Assembly (NCBI RefSeq): GCF_000315625.1
Contig: NW_005434549.1
Location: 79,101-143,100, forward strand
DNA: 64,000 nucleotides
Direction: 5' to 3'
From: Guillardia theta CCMP2712
Taxonomy: Eukaryota; Protista; Cryptophyta
In this document: one piece after another, positions 12,832-27,924 of the stretch
Numbering within the stretch: the first letter of the stretch is position 1
How the letters are laid out: every line of letters begins with the position of its first letter
Program-made: the position numbers and the translations under genes
The notes under the pieces: model-generated
Databases searched by the model: none
Seen by the model: the letters and a program-made list of their open reading frames with translations, nothing else
Told to the model about the DNA's origin: nothing

Positions 12832-13365
12832 TTTTTAAATACTATAAATGTTGTTAAAGGAGCAAACTAGCTCTGGCGAGCTCGATATCATGTGGTTTTG
12901 CGATCCTTGCGCTTGTTCCTGACAGGACTACCCACCACCCTCTACAGAAAGGACCCACCAAGGAAGCAAAAGGAATATCAATGAAATGGTACCCCCTTCT
13001 TATAACCCAAACCCTCACCCCACCCCCCTATTGTACCTGTCTCACTGTTTCCCGAATGGCTTGGGATGCACCCCAAGCAGCTCTTTACTACACAGTTCAC
13101 ACAACTTTAAGTCCTGCCATCATTCCGTTGTAAGGCCTCCCCCCCCTCCATTGCCCCTACATCGGGATTCACCGCCCCCTCCTCGCACCAACCCAGACCT
13201 CCCATCCTCCTCCCCCCATCCCTCTCCTCCTGTTGTCCTATCCTCTCACTTCCTCCATTTCTCTATCGACATTCGCTCTTGTATTCTCGTGCGCATCTCA
13301 TTCCATATCCTCCAACGAGCCCGAGACTGGGGATCCGACAGATCGATCTTCATTTCCAGCATAGC

Positions 13366-13890
13366 ATGACCCAGCTGTCTGCAGATCTTTACAAAGACGC
13401 AAACAAAGAAAATCGTTACCTCGAACGACCGAAAGACATCGTCTCCTGGCTTGACAGATCGATCAAGGACGTAGCGTCTTGCTGCATCGACCGAGGGATC
13501 AGGAGGAGGCCGGTACTGGCCAAGCATGCAAAGTTCACTCTAGCGACCTGGGAGGCAAGCACAGCAGACAAGAGCGAACACAAGGGGAAGGAAGAAAGAA
13601 TGTTTGCGGAGCGAAGGACGAACTCATGCAAGCTGCCCTCGAGCAAGAGACCTGTGCGACCCAACCACAGGCACTCCATCGGGACCATTGATGGATGCAA
13701 GAAGTATGTAATGCACCGACCAGGACCCTTCCTAGAGGCCTCAGGGCAGTGCGACAGCATCTGTGCGATCGATGAACATGGGAACTTTCAAGTGGACGGG
13801 TGCTTGAAGCTCCTGATCTTCCAGAATCGCTCGCCTTTTAGAAAAGCCATCGACAGCGATGGTAACTTCGTTTCGAACATCATTCAATGA
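13366..13890 (+). CDS. Intronless hypothetical protein (about 174 aa) with twin AIDxxGNF motif
   Basis: Uninterrupted ORF from ATG after a pyrimidine-rich leader, with coding-like composition. Its C-terminus is similar to that of ORF 29580-29975. Confidence 0.6.
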   Translation: MTQLSADLYKDANKENRYLERPKDIVSWLDRSIKDVASCCIDRGIRRRPVLAKHAKFTLATWEASTADKSEHKGKEERMFAERRTNSCKLPSSKRPVRPNHRHSIGTIDGCKKYVMHRPGPFLEASGQCDSICAIDEHGNFQVDGCLKLLIFQNRSPFRKAIDSDGNFVSNIIQ

Positions 13891-14245
13891 TAAAAAATGT
13901 CAATAAAGCAAGGTAGTCATGTGTATACAAACAAAGTGCTTACTGGGTCTATTTCACTCCTTCTCCTTGACTACTCCACCAACAAACCAGAACAGGATTT
14001 CTCACTCCCACTCAGAGGTTACCTACAGCTCCGTTTTCCGCGCAAAACTCAGGACAAGTTATGTTAGCATGCATCGAAGGTTGGAGTGACAGTCTGATAA
14101 ATAGAATGGCCGATGCACTGTCGCCAATCCCCAAACTCCGAACTCCTTGTCGGCACACAAGGGCACAGCACATGCAAGTTTCGAAGATTGCAGTTTAAAA
14201 GACTGATTACATTGCAAGCAACGGTTTTGAAACTCAGGAGTGCAT

Positions 14246-16752
<2,507 letters not shown>

Positions 16753-17374
16753 GGCCGAAATCTCCGCGGTGACGGTGTGGGATGGCTTTGTACCGGCCGA
16801 TGTTAAATCTTTTTACAAACCAATTTGTATGCAACAAATAGGTAAGTGTTTTTAATACTTTATTATTATGAAGTAAATGGTACGACCCAACAAGGATTAC
16901 CAGAGCAAAGGTATCAGTTCATACGTTTTACAAGCGATATAAGTTTTAAGAGACATATAGAATGTTTTAAAATGCGTAGAATAGCAAAAAGCAAACTTTA
17001 ATTGAGTTATATTCGGAGAAGATAAATTCTTGAATTGGTACCAAAATACACATATACAATTATATATAATATAAAACTGTACCAGTCTGCTGTCTCCGCT
17101 CTAAAGGAGTATCTTTTTCAGGGTATAAAAGTGCAGTACATGTCCACGGCAAACGTACCGGAGGCCGCTCCCCTGCTGACGTGGATGCTTGAAAACGGGG
17201 TCCTGCCATTGATATAAGCCAATGTACCCCTTGTCTACAGTCAAGTTTGGAGTACTTGAGGGGGTACTATCAAAGACTCACGGCAAGCATCGGTGAAGGG
17301 GTACTAAAAACAAGAAAGAGGGCGTAGAACCGGTGGACGGTTGTAAAGTCGTTACATATTTGTTTTACTGAGGC

Positions 17375-18480
17375 TCAGACTCGGACTGGCCCGGAGACCC
17401 GGAGGGTCGGACCGGGCCGGACCCAAATGGATCGGACCGAGTCGTCCGAGGCCGCCCGGCCGCGAACTCAGTTAAGTTCAAGGCACTGGCATCCCGGCAA
17501 AGTTTAGCGGCCTAGTCACTGACTCGGACTCTACTTTGAGTTGCCCGCCAGAAGGCAAGTTCCGAGTCACGAGTCCTGGCCAGTGAGCCGCGGCTACCTA
17601 GTACCGGCGGCCCGGCGGCCCGGCCCGCCGAACCCGAAGCCTCCCGGGCGCAACTTCAAGCCAGTGCCACCGCGGCATGACGGAGTCACCGAGTGCCCGA
17701 CTCCGAGGATGACAATCACCGGGCATCGAGTCACCGGGTCGGAGTCACTGTGACCGGCGGGAGGCTCGGAGTCACGGCGGCGGCGGACGCCGGGGGGGGC
17801 CGGCGGGCCGCCCCGCGGGTTGACGGCGGCGGCGCGGGGGCGCGGCGTCACAGTGACAGGGCCGCGGGGCGGCGCCGCGACCCGGCGCCGCGGGGCGGGC
17901 CGGCGGCCCGGACCGGGCAGCGCCCGGCCCTGCCGGGGGCCCCGGGCCGGCGCGCCCCCCGGGCCCGGGGGCCGCCCTGAGCCGGCGCTCGGGCGGGGCG
18001 GCCCCGCGGCGCTGGCCCCGCCGCGCGGGCCGAGCCGGCCGCTAGCCCGGTACTTCGCCGGCGGAGGCGCAGTCACGTAGTCACTGCTCAAACGGTTAAC
18101 TTGAAGATCAGTACTACGACAGTCAGGAGCCTTCAGCGGCAGTGAATCAACCGTCGGTTCAGGTTGAACCGGCGGCGGCGGGAGGAGCGCCCGGTCGGTT
18201 TCCTTGGCATTGAGTTGTTCGCCGCCCGGCCGGCGGACTGAGTCATTCAACTTGGCCCAGTGAAGCCTTCCGAAGTTCAGCCCGCCGCCTGACCTTGACG
18301 CCGGGTCCGACTCGACGGTCATCAGATCGCGGCCCCCGGCGGGGCCGGGGCCCGGCACCCCGGTCGGACAGCCGCCCGGCCGCGGCCGCCCGGGGCAACG
18401 GTCGCTGAGAAACAGTGAGCTCTTGGCCCGGGTCAAAGGCTTCGAATCAAGAACCCCCTGCTGTACAGGCCGGCGCCACT
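17375..18480. promoter_or_regulatory. GC/CpG-rich island between divergent genes
   Basis: Near-pure GC core at about 17780-18065. Lies between the GOT2 5' end and the plus gene at about 19.55 kb. Confidence 0.55.
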
Positions 18481-19154
18481 ACCCTAGTACCCCCTCATTG
18501 CTAGTCCAGGTGTTGAGGGGTCCCGCACCGGGAAGAGAAAGAAACGTTATGGTACTAAAGGTTCGCCCAAACTTGGTACCGGATCCATATTCGTTTCTTC
18601 CTTTTGTATTGATTCTATAAAATTTTATTTTTAAACTTGTATTGAGGGCAAAGAATCTAAAATCAGTTTTATGTTCGCATTTTGCGGATCTCATGGCGGC
18701 GCTGATGGGGTGCGGAGGTTAATGGGGGTGGGGTACCAATGGTGACTGGTTTCAAGGGGGTAGGGGTGGTATCGGACTCTCAGACAGCAAAGGGTGGTAT
18801 CAAGCCACCCTATTGTTGATATATGATGAAAGAATGGAGGATTATGACCGGTCAATGGGCCAAAAGGGAGCTGTCTCATGCCCATCAAGGCAGATATTTT
18901 CCAATAGAGTACATAGGAAAAGAACACATAGTATCATACTAAGGCTTCAGAGACTGAAGCTCTCTCCTGTAATTAGGGAAGGTATCTAACGACACGGGTC
19001 AGGGTCCGCAGTGACGGGGTCCAAGGTTATCTTTGGACCTGAGGGTGGGTAGGGGGTAGTATTGTTGACGAGTGAACAGAGGCGCGCAAGCATGCAGTAC
19101 GGTGAGTGACGCCAAGTGTATGAAGCTGCCGACGATGAGCTACGAATTGTGTGT

Positions 19155-19362
19155 GTTGTTGTTGTTGATAACAAGTGGTTGTTGTTGATGATGATGATGA
19201 TGTTGTTGATAACAAGTGGTTGTTGTTGTTGATGATGTTGATAACAAGTCGTCGTGGTTGTTCTTGTTGATAACAAGTGGTTGTTGTTGTTGTTGATAAC
19301 AAGTCGTCGTCGTGGTTGTTGTTGTTGATAACAGGTCGTTGTTGTGGTTGTTGATAACAAAG
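19155..19362. repeat. Compound repeat: (GTT/GAT)n runs punctuated by 7 copies of TGTTGATAACA
   Basis: Direct reading. Confidence 0.9.
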
Positions 19363-19551
19363 TTCTTGATATGAAGAAGACGTGTGACTGTGTATCAGAA
19401 AGAAAGGATTGAAGGTGTAGGATGCATGGGGGATGAAGGGTAGGAACGAGCAAGAGTCATACTGTCAAGGCTGGTATGACCCAGAAGGGATTCAGCTGCT
19501 AGATTTTTCAATTGAGTTGTTTCATGTGAACTGTCAGTGTTTTATTCGGAT

Positions 19552-21935
19552 ATGTCCATGAGTATGGGAAGGGGCACCTTCAACGTCTTGGCATCCTGCA
19601 GTTCAAATCGGCAGTAGTAGCGAACTTGATTCCAAACAATCGCATCCGACACCTGACATCGTTCGCTGCAGTTGCTGAACCTCAACTCGTCAGTCAGATT
19701 CCTGGCCTTGCGCCAGGCATGGTTTACTCCTTCCCAACCTCGAACCAGTTCATCGGAGCGCAGCAGCCATTCGAGTACACCACAGCCATGATGGGGCCCT
19801 CGGTCCAGTCCTTTCCTGCTGTGCAGATGGCTGGAGTACAGTCTTTTGCTCCAAACTATCAGTTCATCCAGGGAGAAGTTCCTCAGCAGGTTGTGTACGG
19901 AACTGTGCAGCAACCCATCATGGACTACAAGTCAGGTGGCTGAATGAGGCTGTATAGGATAAACAGGTCTTAACTGTGTTGTCTAAGATGTGGGAACGCA
20001 GCAAGTGATTCTCAACGGCCCGCAGTTCCAGTCCATGCAAGGTCAAGCCTTCTCTCTGTCGCTCGTGTGCGCTGAAAGTCTTTCAGTTCCCATCTACGGA
20101 CAGGGCGAGGTCGTTGCTGGAGGGTGGGCCGTTGATTTATCGAGGGATGCGGCATCTGACTAGTTGAGAAGGAACGTAAACGCCATCAATGCTGAGGTGA
20201 ACAGACTGAGAAGGCTGATTGCCGAGACGGAAAGAGAGTACCGCAACGTGAGCAAATGAGGTGTCATTATCTCGCGCTCACACTTTATTTTTACAGATGG
20301 AGGGAGAGGTGCAGGAGGTGCTGGCAATTGAGCAAAATATCAACACGATGAAGTCCCAGATGGCAAGAGAGATTCTCCTCCTCCTCCTCCTCCTCCTCCT
20401 CCTCCTCCTCCTCATCGGATTCGTCCACAGGAATCCAAACAGAAGGCGCAACAGGAGGTGGAGTTGGATCTCGAGAAGAAGGTGGGCTATGATTTGATTT
20501 TCTGATTGTTTTGCTGACTTCTCTCGCCTAGTGGTCCCAGCTTCACACGCAGTACCTCGCAGCCGAGCAGCAGAACAGACAGGTGGAGAGACCCTTTCTT
20601 CGACCTCATCTGCATCCTTTAACAGCTCGCAGTTTGCCCTGTTGAAGCATGAGTGGCAGAGCGCAAAGCAGGTGCGTCGGAGTTTGTGTTAGTCCCTTGT
20701 TTGTTGACCGGAAATCAGAATGCCGAATTCCTCAAGACCAAACTCACTGAGCTTGAGGCGCGCAACAAGGAGACTGGCAAGATTCAGGTGGGTGAAGGAG
20801 GAGAGCAGCTGAGCTCTTCTCATCGCCGATGCGACAGGAGGAGACGCAGGCGATGCAGACGAAGCTCACCAATCTTGACAAGAGCATCGAGCAGATTGTC
20901 CAGGAGTTCCAGGCGAGCAAGTTCATGCCTGTCCCTTTGACGTTTGACACCATTAACAGAAGGAGAGGATGAAGGCGGATGAGCTTCACGGTTACAGCAT
21001 GGAGGTGGGCCTCTACCTCTGCCTCTTGGCGCCTTTCTTGCTGCTGACAAACCACCGGCATAGAACGGCAGCATTGACATCAGGATCAACCAGCTCAAGC
21101 TCGAGCTCACGTGAGACAACCTGCTTCCTCCCTTTCTGCTCCTTACTGCTTCTGCCGCAGCAACATGCAGAAGATCCGTGACGACCTGGTACCCCCTTCT
21201 CCCCTTTCTAGTAATCTGCCAGCGGTTTGATCCCCTTCATACAGTACCGCCCGACCCTCGGCCTCGTCGTCGGAGCTGACCCGAGGCACTTCCACCTTAC
21301 CCGGACGACGGAGCGAAACGCGGGTGAAAGATGCCAAAAATGTGAACACTCTTCGTCTCATCGAGCGACAGGCGAGCCCGTCTTTGTGATCCGCATCCTC
21401 GAGGACAGCGCGGTAGAGGAGTACAACAAGACGGCCCCAGCTGAGGTGACTGGCGCTCCTGCCATGTTGGTGGCTGACAGGAAGAGCAGAGCCAGGTCAG
21501 GGTGACAGATCAGATCATCGCGATTAACCAGATGGAGGTTCAAATGATGCTCAAGTAAGTCTCCCTCCTCTCCTCCCCTGCTGCTTTCAACCCCTTTATC
21601 TATTTTTCGGCTCCTTCTCCTCCTTCGTCCTTGTCTGCATTTGTAGATCGTTGTCTTCAATTCTCCTGCCTTGTTCTCCCTTTCCCATGAAGACTCTTGC
21701 TAGTCTGAGTGTGTCGCTCCAGCTATCAGATCCGTCGTATGCTCTTCTCCGAGAGCAGCATTACCCTGGTCATCTTTTCTCTGCCCTTGCCGCGTCGTCT
21801 GACATCCTCACTCCAGACCCTCGTCCGTGACAACCAGCTTCTTCCCCCAGTCACCATCACCCCCAAGGTTTGCTCCTCCTCCTCCTCCTCCTTCTCCCCC
21901 TCCCCCTCCTCCTCCTGTCATGTTCTCTTCTCCTT

Positions 21936-22008
<73 letters not shown>

Positions 22009-22058
22009 TCTTCTCACTTAATCAACGGCAGAAAACTGTCATCACCAAGGTTATCTAG
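19552..22058 (+). CDS. Low-complexity N-terminus + coiled-coil + C-terminal PDZ-domain protein, multi-exon
   Basis: Q/P-rich exon, then coiled-coil exons (NAINAEVNRLRRLIAETEREYRN, ESKQKAQQEVELDLEKK), then PDZ-like PTLGLVVG / PVFVIRILEDSAVEEYNK / VRVTDQIIAINQMEV / IRRMLFSESSITL / TLVRD. Ends KTVITKVI*. Confidence 0.7.
21939..22003. repeat. (CT)n microsatellite, intronic
   Basis: Direct reading. Confidence 0.95.
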
Positions 22059-22096
22059 ACCTGAGGCATTTTCCTTGTGCTTGCAGTAAACCTTGC

Positions 22097-24261
22097 TCAT
22101 TGATTGTTCTGCACGAACTGCCCGTGAAACTGGGGTGACGATCGCTGGCCTGTGTATGCTCTCCCTATCTCCTTCATGTTCTTCGCATCAAGGCAGAGGA
22201 GGAAACTTTCTTCCCTTTTTCCATCGAACATCTGGACCAGCACAACTCCATCGTCTTCCTCCTTGCCATCAGGTCGGGGCACGAACGTTGGCTCGGATGG
22301 ATACGTCTGCTCTTCCTCCCACTTGAGCACACTAGTCACTCCATCGTCATCCGTAGAGATTTTCAGCACAGCCCACTCAGTGAAGTCGCTCTCGTCGCCG
22401 CGTCCGAAACCTGTCCTTCTCCATCAGAAAACCTTTCCATCAAATACTTCTCCGCCCTTCCTCCTTCTCTTTCCTCCTTCCTCCTTTCCCTCCCTCCTCC
22501 CGCTCCCATCTCTCCAACGCTCCTCTTCTCTACCTGTGTATCCGTACACATGCCGATGCTTCTTCCCCACCAGCTGCGGATTGATAGTCGGGAGCTCGAA
22601 CGTCATTTCCATCCCATCACACGGGGCCTCAAGTTTCTTGACGGTCACATGCCCCTGCTGCTTCAGCGGCAGCTTCATCCTGTACAGCGAGCCATCCCGT
22701 GCTTGCTTTTTCCTCTCCTGCCCGTCCTTCATGTTGGGAAGGTACGCGAACGCGTGGGGGGAGGTCGCGATGTCCGGGGTGTTGTAGCCACAGAGCTCTA
22801 CAACGATCTCCTCCTCCTCCTCGTACGCATTGATGCAGTGGTAGAAGAAGAGCGGGTCTGCCTCGAACGTCCAGCTCGGCTCCACCTTGGACTCCTTGAG
22901 GTCGAACACATAGATCCTTGTCCTGTCACCCTCACCTTCTCCGCACCACTCCAGCGATGGCATGAAGCTCCCGTTGAGCAGAGCGGCCGGAGGCATCCGA
23001 AGAGGGCAGAGCATGAGAATTGCCTTTCCAGTGCGAGTCAGGCCGAAGGAGTGGACGTAGGGTATCTCCCCCGCTGCCAGCCTCACGCTCCCCACCAGCT
23101 GCCGTGCTAACTTGTCGTCCGTCCGCACGAGGAGGGCCCTGTTCCCTTGCAGCACATTGAGCTCAAGGAAGTAGTTGATCGTCTGCCCCGTCACAGGGCA
23201 AGGCAGAGGATGTGCAGTGCTGAACAGCAGCAGCCCCCCCAGCTGGCAGACTGAGTTGACGTAGCGCTTGTCAAGCCTCCCCCGAGTCTCTAGAGTCTCC
23301 CTGTCAAACTCCATGGCGAGAGGGGCGTCTGTGACCGCCACCCAAGGGCCCAGCTGACCGCCCAGCTGGTGGACGTTGACGGGCGCATTGTCGAAGGAGT
23401 CAGAGTTGAAAAGGGCCAGCAGCTTGTCGAGCTGGTTGAGAGGTGGATCGGTCGGGCCGACGCTGATAGCCTTTGGAGCGTCCTCCTCCTCCTCTACCAT
23501 CCTCTTGTACCACTGGGAGCGAACAAACCTGCTCGAGTACCACACCTCTCCCTCCTTCACTTCAAACTTGGTCAGTTTGGCCAGCCCGTCGAAGGCATGC
23601 GTGTAGCTCCTCCCCTTGCCACTCCAGATGGCAGGACCATTGCGGAGGAGGAGTCCGTTGAGGAAGGACGGGAACACGCCCTTGGACCGGCGTCAATAAG
23701 TCACAAGGACAAGGGAGCATGGAGGAAGGCATGGATTACCTTGTGCTGGAGCTTCTTGGGGACAAGAGTCTGCTCACGACTCTCTTCCCACCACTTGCTG
23801 AACGCCTTTCCTGCAGCAGATTGGTGAGGGATCAGCCCTTCACGTCGAGGGTGAGGACATCGGAGCTGATAGATCATAGATACACAGCAGGCAGCAGCAT
23901 GAAAGGACGATAGCGGCAGCATGCAGGATGTCACATTGATCCATTACCCACCTCTGATATCCTCGTCTGCCCCATGCCGACCGCCGCCTGCACTCAACCA
24001 ATGCAGGAAAGCGCCTCGGCGATGGTTCACTGGTTTCTTAGTGCAAGCATGGCGCAATGACTCTCTACAAGAATCCCTCATGAGTCCTTGACTGGGCAGG
24101 GGCGCTCGAGGAGGGCTGCAGAATGCATTCTTCAGTTCCACTCTCATTGCGCATCCGGGGACACTGGTGGCAAGGGCATAGAGCACAAGAACGAGGAAGG
24201 AGCTGCAGGAAGCAGAGACGAGGACGCATGGCGATGTATCACGAGCTTGCCTCCTGCACAT
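22097..24261 (-). CDS. Carotenoid oxygenase (RPE65/BCO/CCD family), multi-exon, with possible bipartite plastid-targeting leader
   Basis: LNGLLLRNGP, HAFDG, DNAPVNV, the four iron-binding His (TAHP, YVHSFG, FYHCINAYE, QFHGQF), FELPTINP and SEPTFVPRPDGKEEDDGVVL. The N-terminus has a hydrophobic stretch followed by NAFC. Confidence 0.93.
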
Positions 24262-24339
24262 GCTGTTCCCCTCTCCTCCTCCTCCTCCTCCTCTTCCTGC
24301 CGTCTCCCTGCTCAAGCGCTTAGACGATGAACGCATGGC

Positions 24340-24910
24340 AGGCGCTTCTGTCCGATGCGGTTCGGGCTTTGAGTAAACGGCTGCAACTGAGTTGGCCCGG
24401 CCGGGCCCCCGGCCGCTCGGAACAGCCGGGCTCGAGTCCGACCGTCCCGGTCCCGAGGCGAGTCCCGGCTGTGCGGGCGGCCGGATCGGACCGACACCGA
24501 CGGTCCGGGACTCGAGCCGCGGGGCGGCGCCGGGCCCTCGGTGACTCGCCAGTGACTCGACTTTGAAAGCGGCGGAGTCGAGGAGGCTTGACCCTCAGGC
24601 TGACACTGTCGCACAGGCCGCCAAACGGCGAGAAGAGAAAGACAGCAGAACCAAACCCAATCATCCGGCTGCCGACTAGTGTGAACTCGGAAGCGGCGCG
24701 GCCTGCTCGGATGATAGTAACTTTCGGCACTGCGCACCCGAGTAAAAGTTGCCTGAGGACTCCAATCCGAGCGATCCGATTCATCAGTGGCTGCCGCAGT
24801 GCTGCGGTTGTTAATCGCACTGGCAGGCCTGGGCAGAGTCCGGACGTATGCAACATTCATCAGGGCCGGAGGCTGGAATGCCAGCGGCACTCAGTGACTG
24901 TCGAATCCGA
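24340..24910. promoter_or_regulatory. GC/CpG-rich island upstream of carotenoid oxygenase
   Basis: High GC; contains CTTTGAGTAAA (24367-24377) and GACTC/GAGTC motifs. Confidence 0.5.
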
Positions 24911-25113
24911 CCATCGGCAAAGCATTTTCATATGATCGCTTACTCCACGTGTACACATCATTGTTTGCAACGACCAGCACTGAACTGTGCATCAAAAACT
25001 TCACGGTTGGTTGGGTATTTCATAATTCAGTAGTAGCAGTCATCAGTACACAGGAGCATCATAGATAATTGTATTGATACAGAACAAAAATACAGAAGAT
25101 TTTGCACACGAGA

Positions 25114-25822
25114 CTACTGCTTCCACGAGTTCCATGTGGTAAGCTTTTTCTTGTTGAATGCTGCAGAATTGGGTGGTGCACTAATGCCTGGCGATATAGT
25201 GGTAGACGCCGTCGGGTTGAATGAAGAAGACGCCGTGGAGTTCATCTTTGACAGAAAGACCTTAGCCGGAAGACTGTTCTGTTTCATGATGTTGAACAAA
25301 AGCTTTTTCTTTTCCTTCAAAAAGCTGCCATCAGATTGTGAGAAACCCTTGCGCTGCCCTTGTCTCCAATCCTTTGATGATGCTGCAGGCGTATCCGGTC
25401 GTGATGATATGCTGGACACCCGAGACACGCACGTCGATGAATGAGCGGTGGAGGCTTCGGACAACATCTTCGGTCCAAGTTGATTCAGTGCCCATTCCCT
25501 AGCTGTTTCAAACCCGACTTCCTTCCGCAACTCCTCGAACATGTATATATCTGCAATGGTGCACGCTCGGATCGGTTTCATGTAGTCGCCAAGTTCATCG
25601 TCCCCCTCTGACGGATCGTAGATCCCTGACTCGTCATCCAATGAGGACGAGCTTGAGATGGAAGTGGAGGTTTTCTGTGCGAGTTTCGTCCAAGAGAGCG
25701 AGCTCTCCTCTGTACGCCGCGCTTCTTCCAAAAGCATGCACGGAGAGTAAATTCCTTGCCTTTCTACCCGGTCAGTTTCCGAAATCTTTGCGTACTTTTG
25801 GTTGAGCAGTTCACCACCCATT
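25114..25822 (-). CDS. Intronless Ser-rich hypothetical protein
   Basis: Long uninterrupted ORF with a short helical core (IADIYMFEELRKEVGFETAREWALNQLG). The start is uncertain, and the ORF stays open to 25971. Confidence 0.6.
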
Positions 25823-27000
25823 GTTATGTTTTTGCAATCAGTATGTTCTGTTTCGATGTGCCCAGGACAGGCGATTCCTGACATGAAAGTTCCAAACACA
25901 AACAAGAAAGGGGACCAACAGCAAGAGAGGAACGCGGTACAGGAAGCAATGCAATGGGGACACGAGGTCAATCTTGGTTGTGGTGGAGGGAGTTCACTGG
26001 AAAAGGGGGGGTGGGGGTAGATGGGAATGGGTAAGTGGTGGGGTAGAATGAAGAGGTCCTATTAGGGCTGTCGATACGGGTAGGGGTCATTTGGTACATG
26101 ATATCTCTGTTCAGTCTCACTTTTCTGTTTGGGGTGTGAATCAACTTTATTTGAAATCTGTCAACTATTTATTGTCACTAATTTGCAATTCATTGATTGA
26201 TGTTTAAATATATATATATTTAGTTTAAAACAATCTTCCAAGTTTTGAAACAATTCTTTGCAAACCTGGATACCCTACCCTAACATAAAATAGTCTCATA
26301 CGATCAAAGGGATGGACCACATACCCACCTTTTTAATATTTACGGGTCAGTGTCTTTACCACATGTCAGATCAATCTCGCAGTAGAGAAAAGGGGGTAGG
26401 GTTATGTCAGCATTATTTTGAAAGAGTTGGCGAGATTCGGAGGCAATTATAACTGCTCAATGGCTTCCATATGGGGCTATAGACCTTTTCTTTGCTGCCA
26501 ACTTGAATTGGTACAATACAACAGAGCATACCGGTGCGTTCTCCAATACAGACACCCTCAATTTTCCTGAGGGATGGGGGGGTGTATTAGCATGACAACA
26601 GTTGCAAGAGATGCGTTTTTACCCCCTTGATCCCCTGCTGACCCTTGCTGATCTTCACGGATATAGCCGATGACTGACCTACGTGCAGCTACAAAAAGAG
26701 GGGTGTCTGTTTAAAGAGGTCAGTTTTCTCTCTCAAATACAGGGGTACCAAGGGATATATAGGTGGGTTGGGTAAGTGGAAGTACGGGTCCATATCGTAG
26801 GGGGTGGCATCTGATCCCATGAACGGCGCGACTGGATTTTGATGACGAGGGTCATGGGCCACCTTAACTAAATAAGGTGATAGCTGACTGTGCCTTAATT
26901 TGGACCCCCTCATTAACCTACATTTGCACCGGTCCTTTCTGTTCGTCTCCTTCAACAGCAAGCGACAAACCAGGACCCTGATGAGTCTTTGTACCCATTT

Positions 27001-27330
27001 TTAAACTTAACTTTGAGTAAACTCTGTGCTAGGAACCGGCGGCGCGTGACCGTCGGACGGGCCGGTGGCCAATCTTTACTCAAAGCCAACCAGTGACTGA
27101 GTGACCAATCTGAGGCTGACTCACTCCGAGTGGCACTGAGTCAGTGAGGGCCGCACTGCGCGGCACCGGGCCGCCGCCCGGCGGCCGGGCCCGCGCGACG
27201 GAGTTTGTGACGGACGGTCGACTCGGCGACAGTGCCACGCCGCCGGCGGCCCGCACTCAGGCCGTGCAGCCCGGCGGCCGGGCGCCACCGTCACAGCGAG
27301 ACGACTGGACGTGCACAGGTGACAGAACTT
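27001..27330. promoter_or_regulatory. GC island bearing an inverted pair of TTTGAGTAAA motifs
   Basis: AACTTAACTTTGAGTAAA at 27004-27021, CTTTACTCAAAG at 27074-27085, CACTGAGTCAGTG at 27134-27146. Confidence 0.5.
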
Positions 27331-27387
27331 TTGCTTGAGGACCACGCATTTTTATAACTTTCAAACGCAATAGCTCCGAGGCTCCTT

Positions 27388-27711
27388 TTAACTCAGCAAA
27401 ATGTCTATGGTTTCAATGATTTCTTGCAAGCTATCCCATTCCTCTTTACTCTGCAGCACCATCAATGTGTTTTGACAGGATATCTTTATCATTTCCAAAA
27501 AGATCTTGGCATCGTGAAATTCGGACATTCCTTTTGACAGCGAATCAAAATCCATCAGACTGTTCTTGATGTGCTGGAAAAAGACCAACGCCTGATCCTT
27601 GGTATATCCAGGTGTTTCATACAGAACAATCTGGCGCAGCTCCGAACACCCCACACCCACGTAAACCTCGAGGTCTTTCAGATTGATGCGGGATTTGGGA
27701 TTCTGTGGCAT
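27388..27711 (-). CDS. Intronless hypothetical protein, 107 aa
   Basis: Clean ATG-to-stop ORF with globular/helical composition and lower GC than the spliced genes. Confidence 0.5.
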   Translation of the reverse strand: MPQNPKSRINLKDLEVYVGVGCSELRQIVLYETPGYTKDQALVFFQHIKNSLMDFDSLSKGMSEFHDAKIFLEMIKISCQNTLMVLQSKEEWDSLQEIIETIDILLS

Positions 27712-27722
27712 GGTGCTTGATG

Positions 27723-27742
27723 TTTAGGGTTTAGGGTTTAGG
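27723..27742 (+). repeat. Interstitial (TTTAGGG)x~3 telomere-like / telo-box repeat
   Basis: TTTAGGG TTTAGGG TTTAGG read directly. Confidence 0.8.
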
Positions 27743-27924
27743 TGTGTGTGCCAATTGCGGCCAGTAAATTACTGGCTAATTGATAGCCCATTTCAGGTTT
27801 GATGTGTTGTTTGTGTGCCAATTGTGCCTGTAAATTACTAGCCTATTGTTTTTCAGCCCCCCCTGCTTGCCCTCAGTATTAAAAAAAGAAAGAGAGGCAG
27901 AGAAAATTGCAACAGACCACAGCC

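Noticed and set aside
17594-18436. 280-aa P/G/R/A-rich ORF and similar ORFs in other islands (11757-12304, 24312-24890, 43964-44560)
   Set aside because: Stop-codon depletion from extreme GC; several frames are open at once.
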